Source: a virus. Taken from it: DNA of 64,000 bases. Location: positions 5,591 through 69,590 of the IMG/VR virus record IMGVR_UViG_3300042885_000725; one strand, given 5' to 3'. A model generated the notes under the pieces. The model did no database searches. It saw nothing but the letters and a program-made list of their open reading frames with translations, and was not told the origin of the DNA. Shown here piece after piece: positions 1-8,190 of this stretch; position 1 is the stretch's first letter, and each line of letters opens with the position of its first letter. The position numbers and the translations under genes are program-made.

Positions 1-89
1 TAAATCTGGCCTTCTCTGCGCAGGAAAGTGAATGTGCACTAAGTCTGGTTGACGAACCCCACTTAGTCAGTCATATAACTGTTTGCAAC

Positions 90-134
90 ACCCAGGAAAG
101 TTTCTCTGATCAAGAATTACTTCCTGGGTTTTTT
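90..134 (+). terminator. Rho-independent terminator / long hairpin
   Basis: ACCCAGGAA (90-98) pairs with TTCCTGGGT (121-129), followed by a T-run. Confidence 0.7.
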
Positions 135-149
135 ATTTAAAATAATTCA

Positions 150-157
150 TATATTTG
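150..157 (+). promoter_or_regulatory. Bacteroidota sigmaA-type -7 promoter element
   Basis: TATATTTG matches TAnnTTTG; lies just after a terminator and 20 nt before ATG 177. Confidence 0.6.
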
Positions 158-176
158 TGGAACCAACAAACTAAGT

Positions 177-404
177 ATGAGTAAGAGTAAAAAAAAGGAA
201 CCTATAGTCCTTGTAGAAATCAGTATTAATTCCGATGATAAATTTGAGATCAGACTCCAGAGAGTTGATAAATCTACTATTCCAGTTATAGTGGGTTTAT
301 TAGAAAAGGTAAAGTTTGATTTACTAGCAAGAGATTTTGACGAAGATGGTGCAGCTGAAGAGTTGCCGTCTGTGAATGTTACAAATAATAAATATGATGC
401 GTGA
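177..404 (+). CDS. hypothetical protein
   Basis: 75-aa ORF after a promoter, overlapping the next gene. Confidence 0.75.
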   Translation: MSKSKKKEPIVLVEISINSDDKFEIRLQRVDKSTIPVIVGLLEKVKFDLLARDFDEDGAAEELPSVNVTNNKYDA

Positions 405-688
405 TGATTGAAAGATATATGAGTAAGCCTACATATGTTGATGTGTTAAAATACATAGATGATGAAAGAGATTCTGTGTTTGCTTTTACAAACGGCAAAG
501 CTGAGTTTATTATACCAGCAAATACAAAGCAGTTGACATTATATGTGCATACTGATTTGGGTCCTAAGAAGTGTAATCCTAATGATTATATTGTAAAGGA
601 TAGTGAAGGTCACTTCAGTGTATTAACAGAAGGACAACTAGATGAACTTTTTTTAAAAGTAAAGAAAACAGAAAATAAATTATTATGA
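401..688 (+). CDS. small conserved phage protein (KP..V..HT..G..DYIVKD..G.F family)
   Basis: Resembles the widespread phage family YRKKPV.IEA..TLEG..GDYIIKG..GEFY; function uncertain. Confidence 0.55.
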   Translation: MMIERYMSKPTYVDVLKYIDDERDSVFAFTNGKAEFIIPANTKQLTLYVHTDLGPKKCNPNDYIVKDSEGHFSVLTEGQLDELFLKVKKTENKLL

Positions 689-768
689 GTAAAACAAGTA
701 ACAAGCAAAGAGTAGAAGCTTTGAAAGGATGGCTTCAATGGTTATTAATAACTAAAAATAAAAAGTAA
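685..768 (+). CDS. 27-aa hypothetical peptide (MSKTSNKQRVEALKGWLQWLLITKNKK)
   Basis: Fills the gap exactly, with ATGA and TAATG overlaps at its ends; not in the ORF track. Confidence 0.55.
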   Translation: MSKTSNKQRVEALKGWLQWLLITKNKK

Positions 769-1043
769 TGAGTGAGACAGTAGTGAGTATTCCGGAAATA
801 ATTGGAATGAATGAGACTAAAGTGCTTTCATTTGGTGAAGAGTTAGTAGGAATTGAGTTCAATCCATCTAATGATGCTGGTGTAGCTAAAGTAAAAGAAT
901 TGTATGCTGAGATTGCAAACATTCTTAAAGATGCTTACCAAGAGGGTCCAGGAAATCCAATTAAAAGTTTATTATTTGACCATGCTGTGGGAGAATTAGT
1001 AAGTGCACAAATGGCAGTAGTAAAAGTAATCACGTTTAAATAA
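768..1043 (+). CDS. Acb2/Tad1-hairpin-like protein (candidate nucleotide-signal sponge)
   Basis: FGEELVGIEFNPS..V..VK...A..I..L and C-terminal AQMAVVKVIT pattern of the Acb2/Tad1 hairpin family. Confidence 0.6.
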   Translation: MSETVVSIPEIIGMNETKVLSFGEELVGIEFNPSNDAGVAKVKELYAEIANILKDAYQEGPGNPIKSLLFDHAVGELVSAQMAVVKVITFK

Positions 1044-1050
1044 AAGAAAA

Positions 1051-1326
1051 ATGAAACTATTAGGAAAAAGAATTTTGATCAACATCCCGATTATTGAAAA
1101 ACCAATAATTGAATTATCTCCAGCTCAAGAAGCAGAGCGCGAAAGAGAAGCAATCAAGAAATGGACTGAATTAGAAATTCATGCTGTGGGAGATGAAGTA
1201 GAAAAAGTAAAAGCTGGAGACAAAGTGTATGTTCAAACATTTGCTTTAGAAGGTGCTGAGAAGATTGATCTTGACGGGTCAATTAAATTATTGGTAAAAG
1301 AGTTTGACATTGCAATAGTATACTAA
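1051..1326 (+). CDS. groES: GroES-like co-chaperonin
   Basis: MKLLGKRILI...AVGDEVEKVKAGDKV...LLVKEFDIAIV matches the Cpn10 signature; 91 aa. Confidence 0.8.
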   Translation: MKLLGKRILINIPIIEKPIIELSPAQEAEREREAIKKWTELEIHAVGDEVEKVKAGDKVYVQTFALEGAEKIDLDGSIKLLVKEFDIAIVY

Positions 1327-1327
1327 G

Positions 1328-1705
1328 ATGAATGAATTGCGTTATGAACATTATAACCGTCAAGTGATGAAAGATTTAAAAAAGAAAAATGTAAGCATGA
1401 CGGTTGAGCCTAAATGGATTGATCCTCAAGAGTATAACAAAAATATTTTGAACAACATGCCGAAGTGTACACCATTTAACACTCCTACCGAACAACCAAG
1501 TGCGTTAAGACCTAAGCATTACGGTGGAGCTGATAGTACATATGAAGTATTCAAAGTGTTAGAGGCTTGGGAACTTGATAAAGATTTCTATTTAGGTAAT
1601 GTAATTAAGTATGTTGCGAGAGCTGGTAAGAAAGATTCTTCAAAAACAAAAGAGGATTTACAAAAAGCTTTAGTATATTTGCAACGCAGAATTGATAGTT
1701 TATGA
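1328..1705 (+). CDS. DUF3310 (SaV / T7 gp1.7-like nucleotide kinase) protein
   Basis: PKHY...FYLGNVIKYVARAGKK...EDLQKALVYL motif. Confidence 0.8.
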   Translation: MNELRYEHYNRQVMKDLKKKNVSMTVEPKWIDPQEYNKNILNNMPKCTPFNTPTEQPSALRPKHYGGADSTYEVFKVLEAWELDKDFYLGNVIKYVARAGKKDSSKTKEDLQKALVYLQRRIDSL

Positions 1706-1908
1706 TTGTTGTATATTTAATTATTGGAATGATTGCTTTGTATGTTTTGTACGCATTGCATAATTTCTTGCGCCTTCCTACATATAATAAAGTTTATAAT
1801 ATGTGGCAAGAAGATGTTGAGAAAGTTAATAAAGCTAATTTGACAATAATCATTATGTGTACAATATCATTTATTATGGGGATTCTAACTGTAATAATGT
1901 TAAGTTAA
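1702..1908 (+). CDS. small membrane protein
   Basis: Two hydrophobic segments in 68 aa. Confidence 0.7.
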   Translation: MIVVYLIIGMIALYVLYALHNFLRLPTYNKVYNMWQEDVEKVNKANLTIIIMCTISFIMGILTVIMLS

Positions 1909-1929
1909 GTTTTTTTTATTTGTTTATTT

Positions 1930-1959
1930 AAGCCCTGGTTTATACTAGGGCTTTTTTTT
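1930..1959 (+). terminator. Rho-independent terminator
   Basis: AAGCCCTGGT / ACTAGGGCTT stem followed by a T-run. Confidence 0.85.
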
Positions 1960-2007
1960 GTAATAATTTTTTTGTATATTATATAGTAAATAACTAATTT
2001 TTTTATA

Positions 2008-2220
2008 ATGCCTGCAAAATTTGTACCTCAATCACCTGATCCTTTTTTAAAAGTTGATGCTGATACGACCCTAGTAAAGTATGGTCATATAAATTTTTTA
2101 CTTAACCAAATCAATACTAATGTGTATGCTGATAATGAAGCAGCTATGGAAGATGGATTGGAAATAGGAGATTTATATAGGAATAATTTAGGACAAGTGT
2201 TTGTAGTATTTAAACCTTAA
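2008..2220 (+). CDS. small fibre-associated protein
   Basis: YADNEAA...GLEIGDLY motif typical of Bacteroidota phage fibre termini; first gene of the fibre block. Confidence 0.55.
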   Translation: MPAKFVPQSPDPFLKVDADTTLVKYGHINFLLNQINTNVYADNEAAMEDGLEIGDLYRNNLGQVFVVFKP

Positions 2221-2233
2221 TAATTTTTATAAT

Positions 2234-3184
2234 ATGAGTTTTACAGGACAAATTAATTTTGGGTACCCTATAACGTCCCAAAACATTATTACAAATATAC
2301 CAGATAATGCTGTGTTACCTTTATCAATGGGTAGTAGTTTACAAGGTAATATCTTAGGTGTAACATTTGGAGATTTAAAATCTCAAGTAGCACCGGCAGG
2401 ACCAGTATTTACAAATGACAATACACCTTATGGAATAAATGCATTAGCTGTAACACAACAATTTTTTAATGTTGCTATAGGTGCATATTCAATGGATCAA
2501 AGTGTGAGTGGTGGTAACAATACAGCAGTTGGTGCTAATTCTTTAAGATATTCGGCTGGTTCCGCAAATACAGCTGTAGGTTTTAGTGCACTTAATAATA
2601 ATTCAACAGGTGAAACAAATACAGCTATAGGACAAGAAACCTTATTTAATAATACTACTGGTTATAGTAATGTTGCAATAGGTTATAAAGCATTGTATAA
2701 TCAAAGTGATAAATTTGGAAATACCGTTATTGGTGCTAATTCATATATTCTTGCAAATAGTAATAATAATACAATTGTTGGATCTTTTATTGGAGGTAAT
2801 ACAACTACAGGTTATTCAAATAGTATTATTGGTAGTAATACCTTTAGAAATAATACCACAGGTTCAATAAATACTGGATTAGGAGCTAACTGTTTAGATA
2901 ATAATACTACAGGTGAATTTAATATTGCAATTGGTAGTGGTGCATTAAATGATAATAGTACTGGTAACAATAATACTGCATTAGGTACAAATACTGGTAG
3001 TGGTAATTACAATGGTAGTATTATTTTAGGTCGTAGCGCAACAGCAACAGCAAACAACCAATTTGTAGTAGGATCCACTTCATATAATGCTGGAGCAATA
3101 GCTAGTGAAACAATTACAGCAAATAGAACATGGACAGTTAGAATCAATGGGGCTAACTATAAAATACCTTTATTAGCAATTTAA
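2234..3184 (+). CDS. fibre protein with YadA-head-like N-T-A-(I/V)-G repeats
   Basis: Many 14-aa NTAxG..AL..N beta-roll repeats. Confidence 0.8.
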   Translation: MSFTGQINFGYPITSQNIITNIPDNAVLPLSMGSSLQGNILGVTFGDLKSQVAPAGPVFTNDNTPYGINALAVTQQFFNVAIGAYSMDQSVSGGNNTAVGANSLRYSAGSANTAVGFSALNNNSTGETNTAIGQETLFNNTTGYSNVAIGYKALYNQSDKFGNTVIGANSYILANSNNNTIVGSFIGGNTTTGYSNSIIGSNTFRNNTTGSINTGLGANCLDNNTTGEFNIAIGSGALNDNSTGNNNTALGTNTGSGNYNGSIILGRSATATANNQFVVGSTSYNAGAIASETITANRTWTVRINGANYKIPLLAI

Positions 3185-3195
3185 TAATTTAAACA

Positions 3196-4050
3196 ATGGA
3201 TATTTTAAACTTTATATCATGGGTTAAAGGAAGTAGAATAGTTACTTCCGTAGATTCCTCTCAAACTTTATTACCTGTAGGTCTTAAAGATCCAAAAAGA
3301 GATGACGGTTATTTACCTGGTGCTATATCAGTAACTGATTTTTTAGCTTTATCACCAGGACTTCCTAGTTTTATTCAGTATAATGAAACTAATAAAACAT
3401 TTTGGAATGCTGGTTTTTCAAATGATACAAGTTGTGTTAGTTATGGTAACTATGCTTTAGATGGTGCTACAGGTTTTAGTAATACAGGTATTGGTGCTTT
3501 TGCATTATTTAATAATACCTGGTCATATAATACAGCAATTGGTGACCAAGCTTTGAAATCTAGTGCTGGACAACAAAATGTTGCTATAGGTTACCAAGCG
3601 TTAAATAGTAGTCAAGCTTCTTTCTGTGTAGGTATTGGTTATCAAGCCTTAGGTGGTATTACAGCAAGTAATGCAGGAACAAGAAATACAGGTGTAGGTA
3701 TGGAATCATTAGGATTTGTAACTACAGGAGATCTTAATACAGGAACAGGTTCCGGTAGTTTATTTAATGTAACTACAGGAACATCTAATACTGGTTTTGG
3801 TTTTAGCGCAGGTGCTAATATAAGTGTTGGAAGTCATAATACATTTATTGGTGCGTTTGCAAGTGCTGATGGTGCTAATATATCAGGTTCAATTGTAATA
3901 GGTAGAAGTGCTAGAACAACAGCAAGTAATCAATTTGTTGTAGGTAGTTCAGCATATAATGCAGGAGCCGTAACAACAGAAACAGTATCATCAACAAGAA
4001 CATGGACTGTTAAAATTAATGGTGTAGATAGAAAAATTTTATTAGCTTAG
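3196..4050 (+). CDS. fibre protein with YadA-head-like repeats, paralog of 2234..3184
   Basis: Same repeats and a shared C-terminus, IGRSA...NQFVVGS..YNAGA...RTWTV.ING. Confidence 0.8.
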   Translation: MDILNFISWVKGSRIVTSVDSSQTLLPVGLKDPKRDDGYLPGAISVTDFLALSPGLPSFIQYNETNKTFWNAGFSNDTSCVSYGNYALDGATGFSNTGIGAFALFNNTWSYNTAIGDQALKSSAGQQNVAIGYQALNSSQASFCVGIGYQALGGITASNAGTRNTGVGMESLGFVTTGDLNTGTGSGSLFNVTTGTSNTGFGFSAGANISVGSHNTFIGAFASADGANISGSIVIGRSARTTASNQFVVGSSAYNAGAVTTETVSSTRTWTVKINGVDRKILLA

Positions 4051-4073
4051 TAATAATTTAAAATTAAAATAAA

Positions 4074-4316
4074 ATGTCAGTAGAAAACAAATTTGTAGAA
4101 GAAGTAACAGCTGAACAAGCAGCAAGGTCTGTATTAGCAGCTTATGATAGTGTAAACTTAATTGCAGAATTAAAAAGAAAAAGAATACTATCTGAAGAAG
4201 AAACAGCAACTATAACACGTAATGTAGAGCATATTGCTATTATGTTAGGTAAAGAGTGGTTTGCTGCAGCATTAACTCCAGCACAAAAAACTGAATTGGA
4301 AGCATTGGTTAAATAA
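4074..4316 (+). CDS. putative fibre assembly chaperone
   Basis: Small helical protein directly downstream of the fibre genes; function inferred from position. Confidence 0.5.
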   Translation: MSVENKFVEEVTAEQAARSVLAAYDSVNLIAELKRKRILSEEETATITRNVEHIAIMLGKEWFAAALTPAQKTELEALVK

Positions 4317-4363
4317 TAAATTTTATATATTTACACTTTAAATATAAACCTAATAGATTTATT

Positions 4364-4528
4364 ATGACTCCAATTGAAGCAGTACAAGTATTAGAGCAAG
4401 CATTAAATGCAGCTAACTTAAAAGGTGTGTTTTCATTAGCAGATGCTAACAAAGTGTTAGTAGCTTTGAATACAATTCACAACTTAGAGGAAGTAAAAGC
4501 TTCTATTCCGGAATTAGTAACTGAGTAA
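4364..4528 (+). CDS. 54-aa hypothetical protein (MTPIEAVQVLEQALNAANLKGVFSL...)
   Basis: ATG 4364 to TAA 4528, followed by a terminator; not in the ORF track. Confidence 0.7.
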   Translation: MTPIEAVQVLEQALNAANLKGVFSLADANKVLVALNTIHNLEEVKASIPELVTE

Positions 4529-4548
4529 TTCCTACAGCACAAATTCTT

Positions 4549-4577
4549 AAACCCTGGATTAACTTCTAGGGTTTTTT
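4549..4577 (+). terminator. Rho-independent terminator
   Basis: AAACCCTGGA / TCTAGGGTTT stem plus T-run. Confidence 0.8.
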
Positions 4578-4629
4578 GTTTTTGTTAATTTTTTTAAGTA
4601 TATTAATATATAGTCTAAATATTTATCTC

Positions 4630-4995
4630 ATGTCAATAGGAAATTTAAAAGATACAGGAAATAAGGGTAATAACTTTCCTTATCAACTAAAAACTTTACA
4701 AGGTCTTCAGCAAATAGCTGATGGTATTTCTGGTTTTGCTCCTCCAGGCGGAGTAGCTACAGAAACAACTCTCTTAATAGTTGAGGCATATGTAGAAACA
4801 ATTAAGAAAAATTCTATATCTAAAATAGGCAGGATTCAAGGATCAGCAAATTATAATAGAGTTTTAGCTTATAATGCTAACAATGATGTTACAAGTGTTA
4901 CTCATACAGGAACTACTGAATATGGTGTAGAAACTATCATTGAAACACTCAGTTATGATGAAAATAGAAATGTAACAGAAATTCAATATTCATAA
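4630..4995 (+). CDS. putative fibre/structural protein (start revised to ATG 4630)
   Basis: The track's TTG start overlaps a terminator; MSIGNLKD start follows a TATATTA motif. Confidence 0.7.
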   Translation: MSIGNLKDTGNKGNNFPYQLKTLQGLQQIADGISGFAPPGGVATETTLLIVEAYVETIKKNSISKIGRIQGSANYNRVLAYNANNDVTSVTHTGTTEYGVETIIETLSYDENRNVTEIQYS

Positions 4996-4997
4996 TT

Positions 4998-5249
4998 ATG
5001 AAAAATAAATACAATCCAGTATCTGGTGAGTTTGATCTTGTAAACTCACTTCAAGACATAAGCTATGTACATACTCAATCTGTTCCTGCAACTACATGGG
5101 TTGTTATTCATAATCTAAATACTAAATGTTCTGTGCAGGTAGTTGATGAAGATAAGAATGAAATAATTGCTCAGATTGACTGGGTAGATAACAACACTGT
5201 AAACATAACATTTAATATTCCAGTTTCTGGATATGTTTATTGTAATTGA
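4998..5249 (+). CDS. small fibre-associated protein (H-N-L motif family)
   Basis: YVHTQSVPATTWVVIHNL...SVQVVD motif common in phage fibre modules. Confidence 0.65.
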   Translation: MKNKYNPVSGEFDLVNSLQDISYVHTQSVPATTWVVIHNLNTKCSVQVVDEDKNEIIAQIDWVDNNTVNITFNIPVSGYVYCN

Positions 5250-5305
5250 TAAAATAAAATTGTATATTATATTATAACTTAAATTTAAACTAAAAACAAA
5301 ACAAA

Positions 5306-6904
5306 ATGGCAGAAAAAAAGTTTTTTGTAGACATTAATCTACAAGGTAGTGCGTTAACTAACGCAAAAATTGGAACTAATTCAGGTATTGGTTCAACGGA
5401 AGGTGCATTTGGATATGATTCAGCTTCACACCGTTTACAATATTTCAATGGTACAGCTACTAAAGATGTAGCTAACTTATCTGATATTTCAGCTGTAACA
5501 GGTGGTTTGATCTTCCAAGGTGGATATGATCCAACAACTGATACTCCTGATATTACAGATGGAACAGCATTAAAAGGTTTCTTTTGGGTAGCAACTGCAG
5601 CAGGTACTTTCTTAGGAGAGTCTGTACAAGTTGGTGATTCAATTGTTGCTAAAGTTAATGCAGCTGGTGCAACAATTACAGACTGGTTGATTTTACAAGG
5701 TAACGTAGTTATTGCAACTGATTCAGTTGATGGTATTTCTCGTTTAGCTACACAAGCTGAGGCTGACGCTGGTACTGAAGCTGGTGCAGTAGTTATTACT
5801 CCTGCTACATTACAAGGTAAAATTGATGCTCAAATTACTCCTGAGATTTCTAACAAATTACCTCTTGCTGGTGGTACTATGTCGGGTAATATTGACATGG
5901 GTGGAAATAATATTGAAAATGCTGGTGTAGTTCAAGGTACCAGAATTCGTTTTACTGAAGCAGAAATAACAGAATTAAGTTCTTATCCAGCAGCAAATAT
6001 TACTTTAAATAATAGTATAGATGCTGATAATGCTCAAACTATCATCAACCTACCAGCACCAACAAACGGAGGTGATGCAACTAACAAAACTTATGTTGAT
6101 GACCAAGATGCATTGAAATTATCACTTACTGGTGGTACAATGACTGGTGCTATTGATATGGGTAACCATAATATTAATAGTATTGATGCATTAACGGCAG
6201 ATACCCTTACAGCTACTGGTTTTCATGCTGATTATTTATTTAAAAATGGTAATGATTCTATTGGATTAGGTGATAATTTAGACGCTCAAAACATAGCATC
6301 TATTATCAACTTACCAGCACCTACCAATGATGGTGATGCTACTAACAAGCAATATGTTGATAATAATACATCTAACAAATTACCATTAGCAGGTGGTACA
6401 ATGTCGGGTAATATTAACATGGATGGTGGTACTATTGAAAATTCTGGTGCAGTATATACAAATAATTTAGCATCTAGCCTTAATACAGAAATTCAATTAT
6501 TAAATGATTTACACTCTTTTAATGGTTCAAAAATAACTAACTTACCAGCTCCAACTGACGATGGTGATGCTGCTAACAAATTGTATGTAGACAATGCAGC
6601 TTCAACAGCTGAATCTAATGCTAATACTTATACTGATACAGCAATTAATTCTACGTCTTATTCTACTGTTATTGTATCAGCAGATTGGACTTTAAGAGGG
6701 TTTGATAATGCATATTATGTTACTATAAATCATAATTTAGGTAGTTATCCTTTATTTAGTGCTTGGGCAGCCGGAACTTCTGCTGATTTTACACTTGATA
6801 ATGCGTCACCTAATACAGGTTCAACTACTATTTTATCTAATATATTACCAACTGAAAATATAACAATTTCTTTTGTAAAAGCAAATGGAAATGGTGGTTT
6901 ATAA
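5306..6904 (+). CDS. tail fibre protein with three internal repeats
   Basis: Three copies of KLPLAGGTMSGNI.M...NLPAPT..GDA.NK.YVD. Confidence 0.8.
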   Translation: MAEKKFFVDINLQGSALTNAKIGTNSGIGSTEGAFGYDSASHRLQYFNGTATKDVANLSDISAVTGGLIFQGGYDPTTDTPDITDGTALKGFFWVATAAGTFLGESVQVGDSIVAKVNAAGATITDWLILQGNVVIATDSVDGISRLATQAEADAGTEAGAVVITPATLQGKIDAQITPEISNKLPLAGGTMSGNIDMGGNNIENAGVVQGTRIRFTEAEITELSSYPAANITLNNSIDADNAQTIINLPAPTNGGDATNKTYVDDQDALKLSLTGGTMTGAIDMGNHNINSIDALTADTLTATGFHADYLFKNGNDSIGLGDNLDAQNIASIINLPAPTNDGDATNKQYVDNNTSNKLPLAGGTMSGNINMDGGTIENSGAVYTNNLASSLNTEIQLLNDLHSFNGSKITNLPAPTDDGDAANKLYVDNAASTAESNANTYTDTAINSTSYSTVIVSADWTLRGFDNAYYVTINHNLGSYPLFSAWAAGTSADFTLDNASPNTGSTTILSNILPTENITISFVKANGNGGL

Positions 6905-6935
6905 TAATTAATAATTTAAGTATAGTATATTTACT

Positions 6936-6968
6936 AAAACCCACTCCATAATCGGGGTGGGTTTTTTT
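6936..6968 (+). terminator. Rho-independent terminator
   Basis: AAAACCCACTCC / GGGGTGGGTTTT stem plus T-run. Confidence 0.85.
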
Positions 6969-6976
6969 AAATACAC

Positions 6977-6984
6977 TATATTTG
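6977..6984 (+). promoter_or_regulatory. Bacteroidota -7 promoter element
   Basis: TATATTTG just after a terminator, 15 nt before ATG 6999. Confidence 0.55.
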
Positions 6985-6998
6985 TAAAAAATAATAAT

Positions 6999-8030
6999 AT
7001 GGCAGAGAAGAAGTTTTTTGTTGATGTTAATCTTCAAGGGAATAACATCAATAATTTAAAAGCAGATACATTAGATATTACTTCTAATTTAGCAAGTGCT
7101 AATACTAAAAGAATAGTGTATTGGTCTGACCAATATTATTATTCAGATGGAACATCTTGGATTGCACTAAGTGGAGGTGGTAGTAGTTTACCAACTGGTG
7201 GAGCAACAGGAGATATTCTAGCAAAAGCAAGTGGTACTGATTATGATGTAGAATGGATAAGTAACTACACAAGTACAGTACAACATGAAGTAAAACTAGC
7301 AGAAAACATAAGCAAAGGACAGGCCGCTTATGTATCAAGTGCAAACGGAACTAACATGCTTGTAAGCAAAGCTTCAAATGCTACTGAAGCTACGTCAAGC
7401 AAAACAATGGGTCTTATTGCTTCTACAGGAGTAACTAATGATATTGTATTTCTAATTACAGAAGGATTACTAGCTGGATTAGATACAAGCACAGCAACAG
7501 CAGGAGATCCTGTATGGTTAGGAACAAATGGAAACTTAATATATGGTTTAGTAAATAAACCAGTAGCTCCAGCACATTTAGTATTTATTGGTATTGTTAC
7601 CAGATCAAGTACTACTGTAGGAGAAATCTTTGTTAAAGTACAAAATGGTTTTGAAGTTTCTGAACTACATGATGTATCTTTAAATTTATTATCTGACACT
7701 GATATTTTATATTATGATAGTGCTGCTTATTTATGGAAAAATGGTACATTAGAAGATATATTAACTTTAACAACAACTGGTACATCAGGAGCATCAACAA
7801 TTACTGGTAATACATTAAATATTCCACAATATTCTGGTGGTGGACCTGTAAATGCTAAAAGACATGACTATTCAGCACCTTATGATTACAATGCTTTTGC
7901 ACCAGAAGGTACACTAGATACGGATACAACTTGGACTATAACAAGATTAACAATAAATGCTGATGGTACATATACATCCGGTGTAGCTACAGGAGCATGG
8001 ACTAATAGAACAAATTTAACTTATAATTAA
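6999..8030 (+). CDS. tail fibre protein (start revised to ATG 6999)
   Basis: N-terminus MAEKKFFVDVNLQG is near-identical to that of 5306; LPTGGATGDILAKASGTDYDVEW fibre motif. Confidence 0.75.
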   Translation: MAEKKFFVDVNLQGNNINNLKADTLDITSNLASANTKRIVYWSDQYYYSDGTSWIALSGGGSSLPTGGATGDILAKASGTDYDVEWISNYTSTVQHEVKLAENISKGQAAYVSSANGTNMLVSKASNATEATSSKTMGLIASTGVTNDIVFLITEGLLAGLDTSTATAGDPVWLGTNGNLIYGLVNKPVAPAHLVFIGIVTRSSTTVGEIFVKVQNGFEVSELHDVSLNLLSDTDILYYDSAAYLWKNGTLEDILTLTTTGTSGASTITGNTLNIPQYSGGGPVNAKRHDYSAPYDYNAFAPEGTLDTDTTWTITRLTINADGTYTSGVATGAWTNRTNLTYN

Positions 8031-8031
8031 G

Positions 8032-8190
8032 ATGAAACATAGTATAGTAATGAATTATATTAATGGGGGTTACTCATTAGTAATTAATAGTTTTGAAATT
8101 AATGTAGAAGGTGAAAGAGTATATATTGATAATAAAATATATACTGATAAAACTTTTGAAGAATGTATCGCTTTAATTAATGCAATCTAA
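8032..8190 (+). CDS. 52-aa protein, copy 1 (MKHSIVMNYINGGYSL...)
   Basis: TAATG-coupled to 8190; paralog at 9455; not in the ORF track. Confidence 0.75.
   Translation: MKHSIVMNYINGGYSLVINSFEINVEGERVYIDNKIYTDKTFEECIALINAI

Noticed and set aside
5840-6600. Direct nucleotide repeats (e.g. TCTAACAAATTACC...GGTGGTAC.ATGTCGGGTAATATT) as possible CRISPR or DGR template/variable repeats
   Set aside because: They are in-frame protein repeats within one fibre gene; no spacer array, no clear adenine-specific mismatch pattern and no reverse transcriptase in the window.
4576-6998. Track starts at 4576 (TTG) and 6957 (GTG)
   Set aside because: Both overlap terminators; downstream ATGs at 4630 and 6999 have promoter-like motifs and, for 6999, paralog support.
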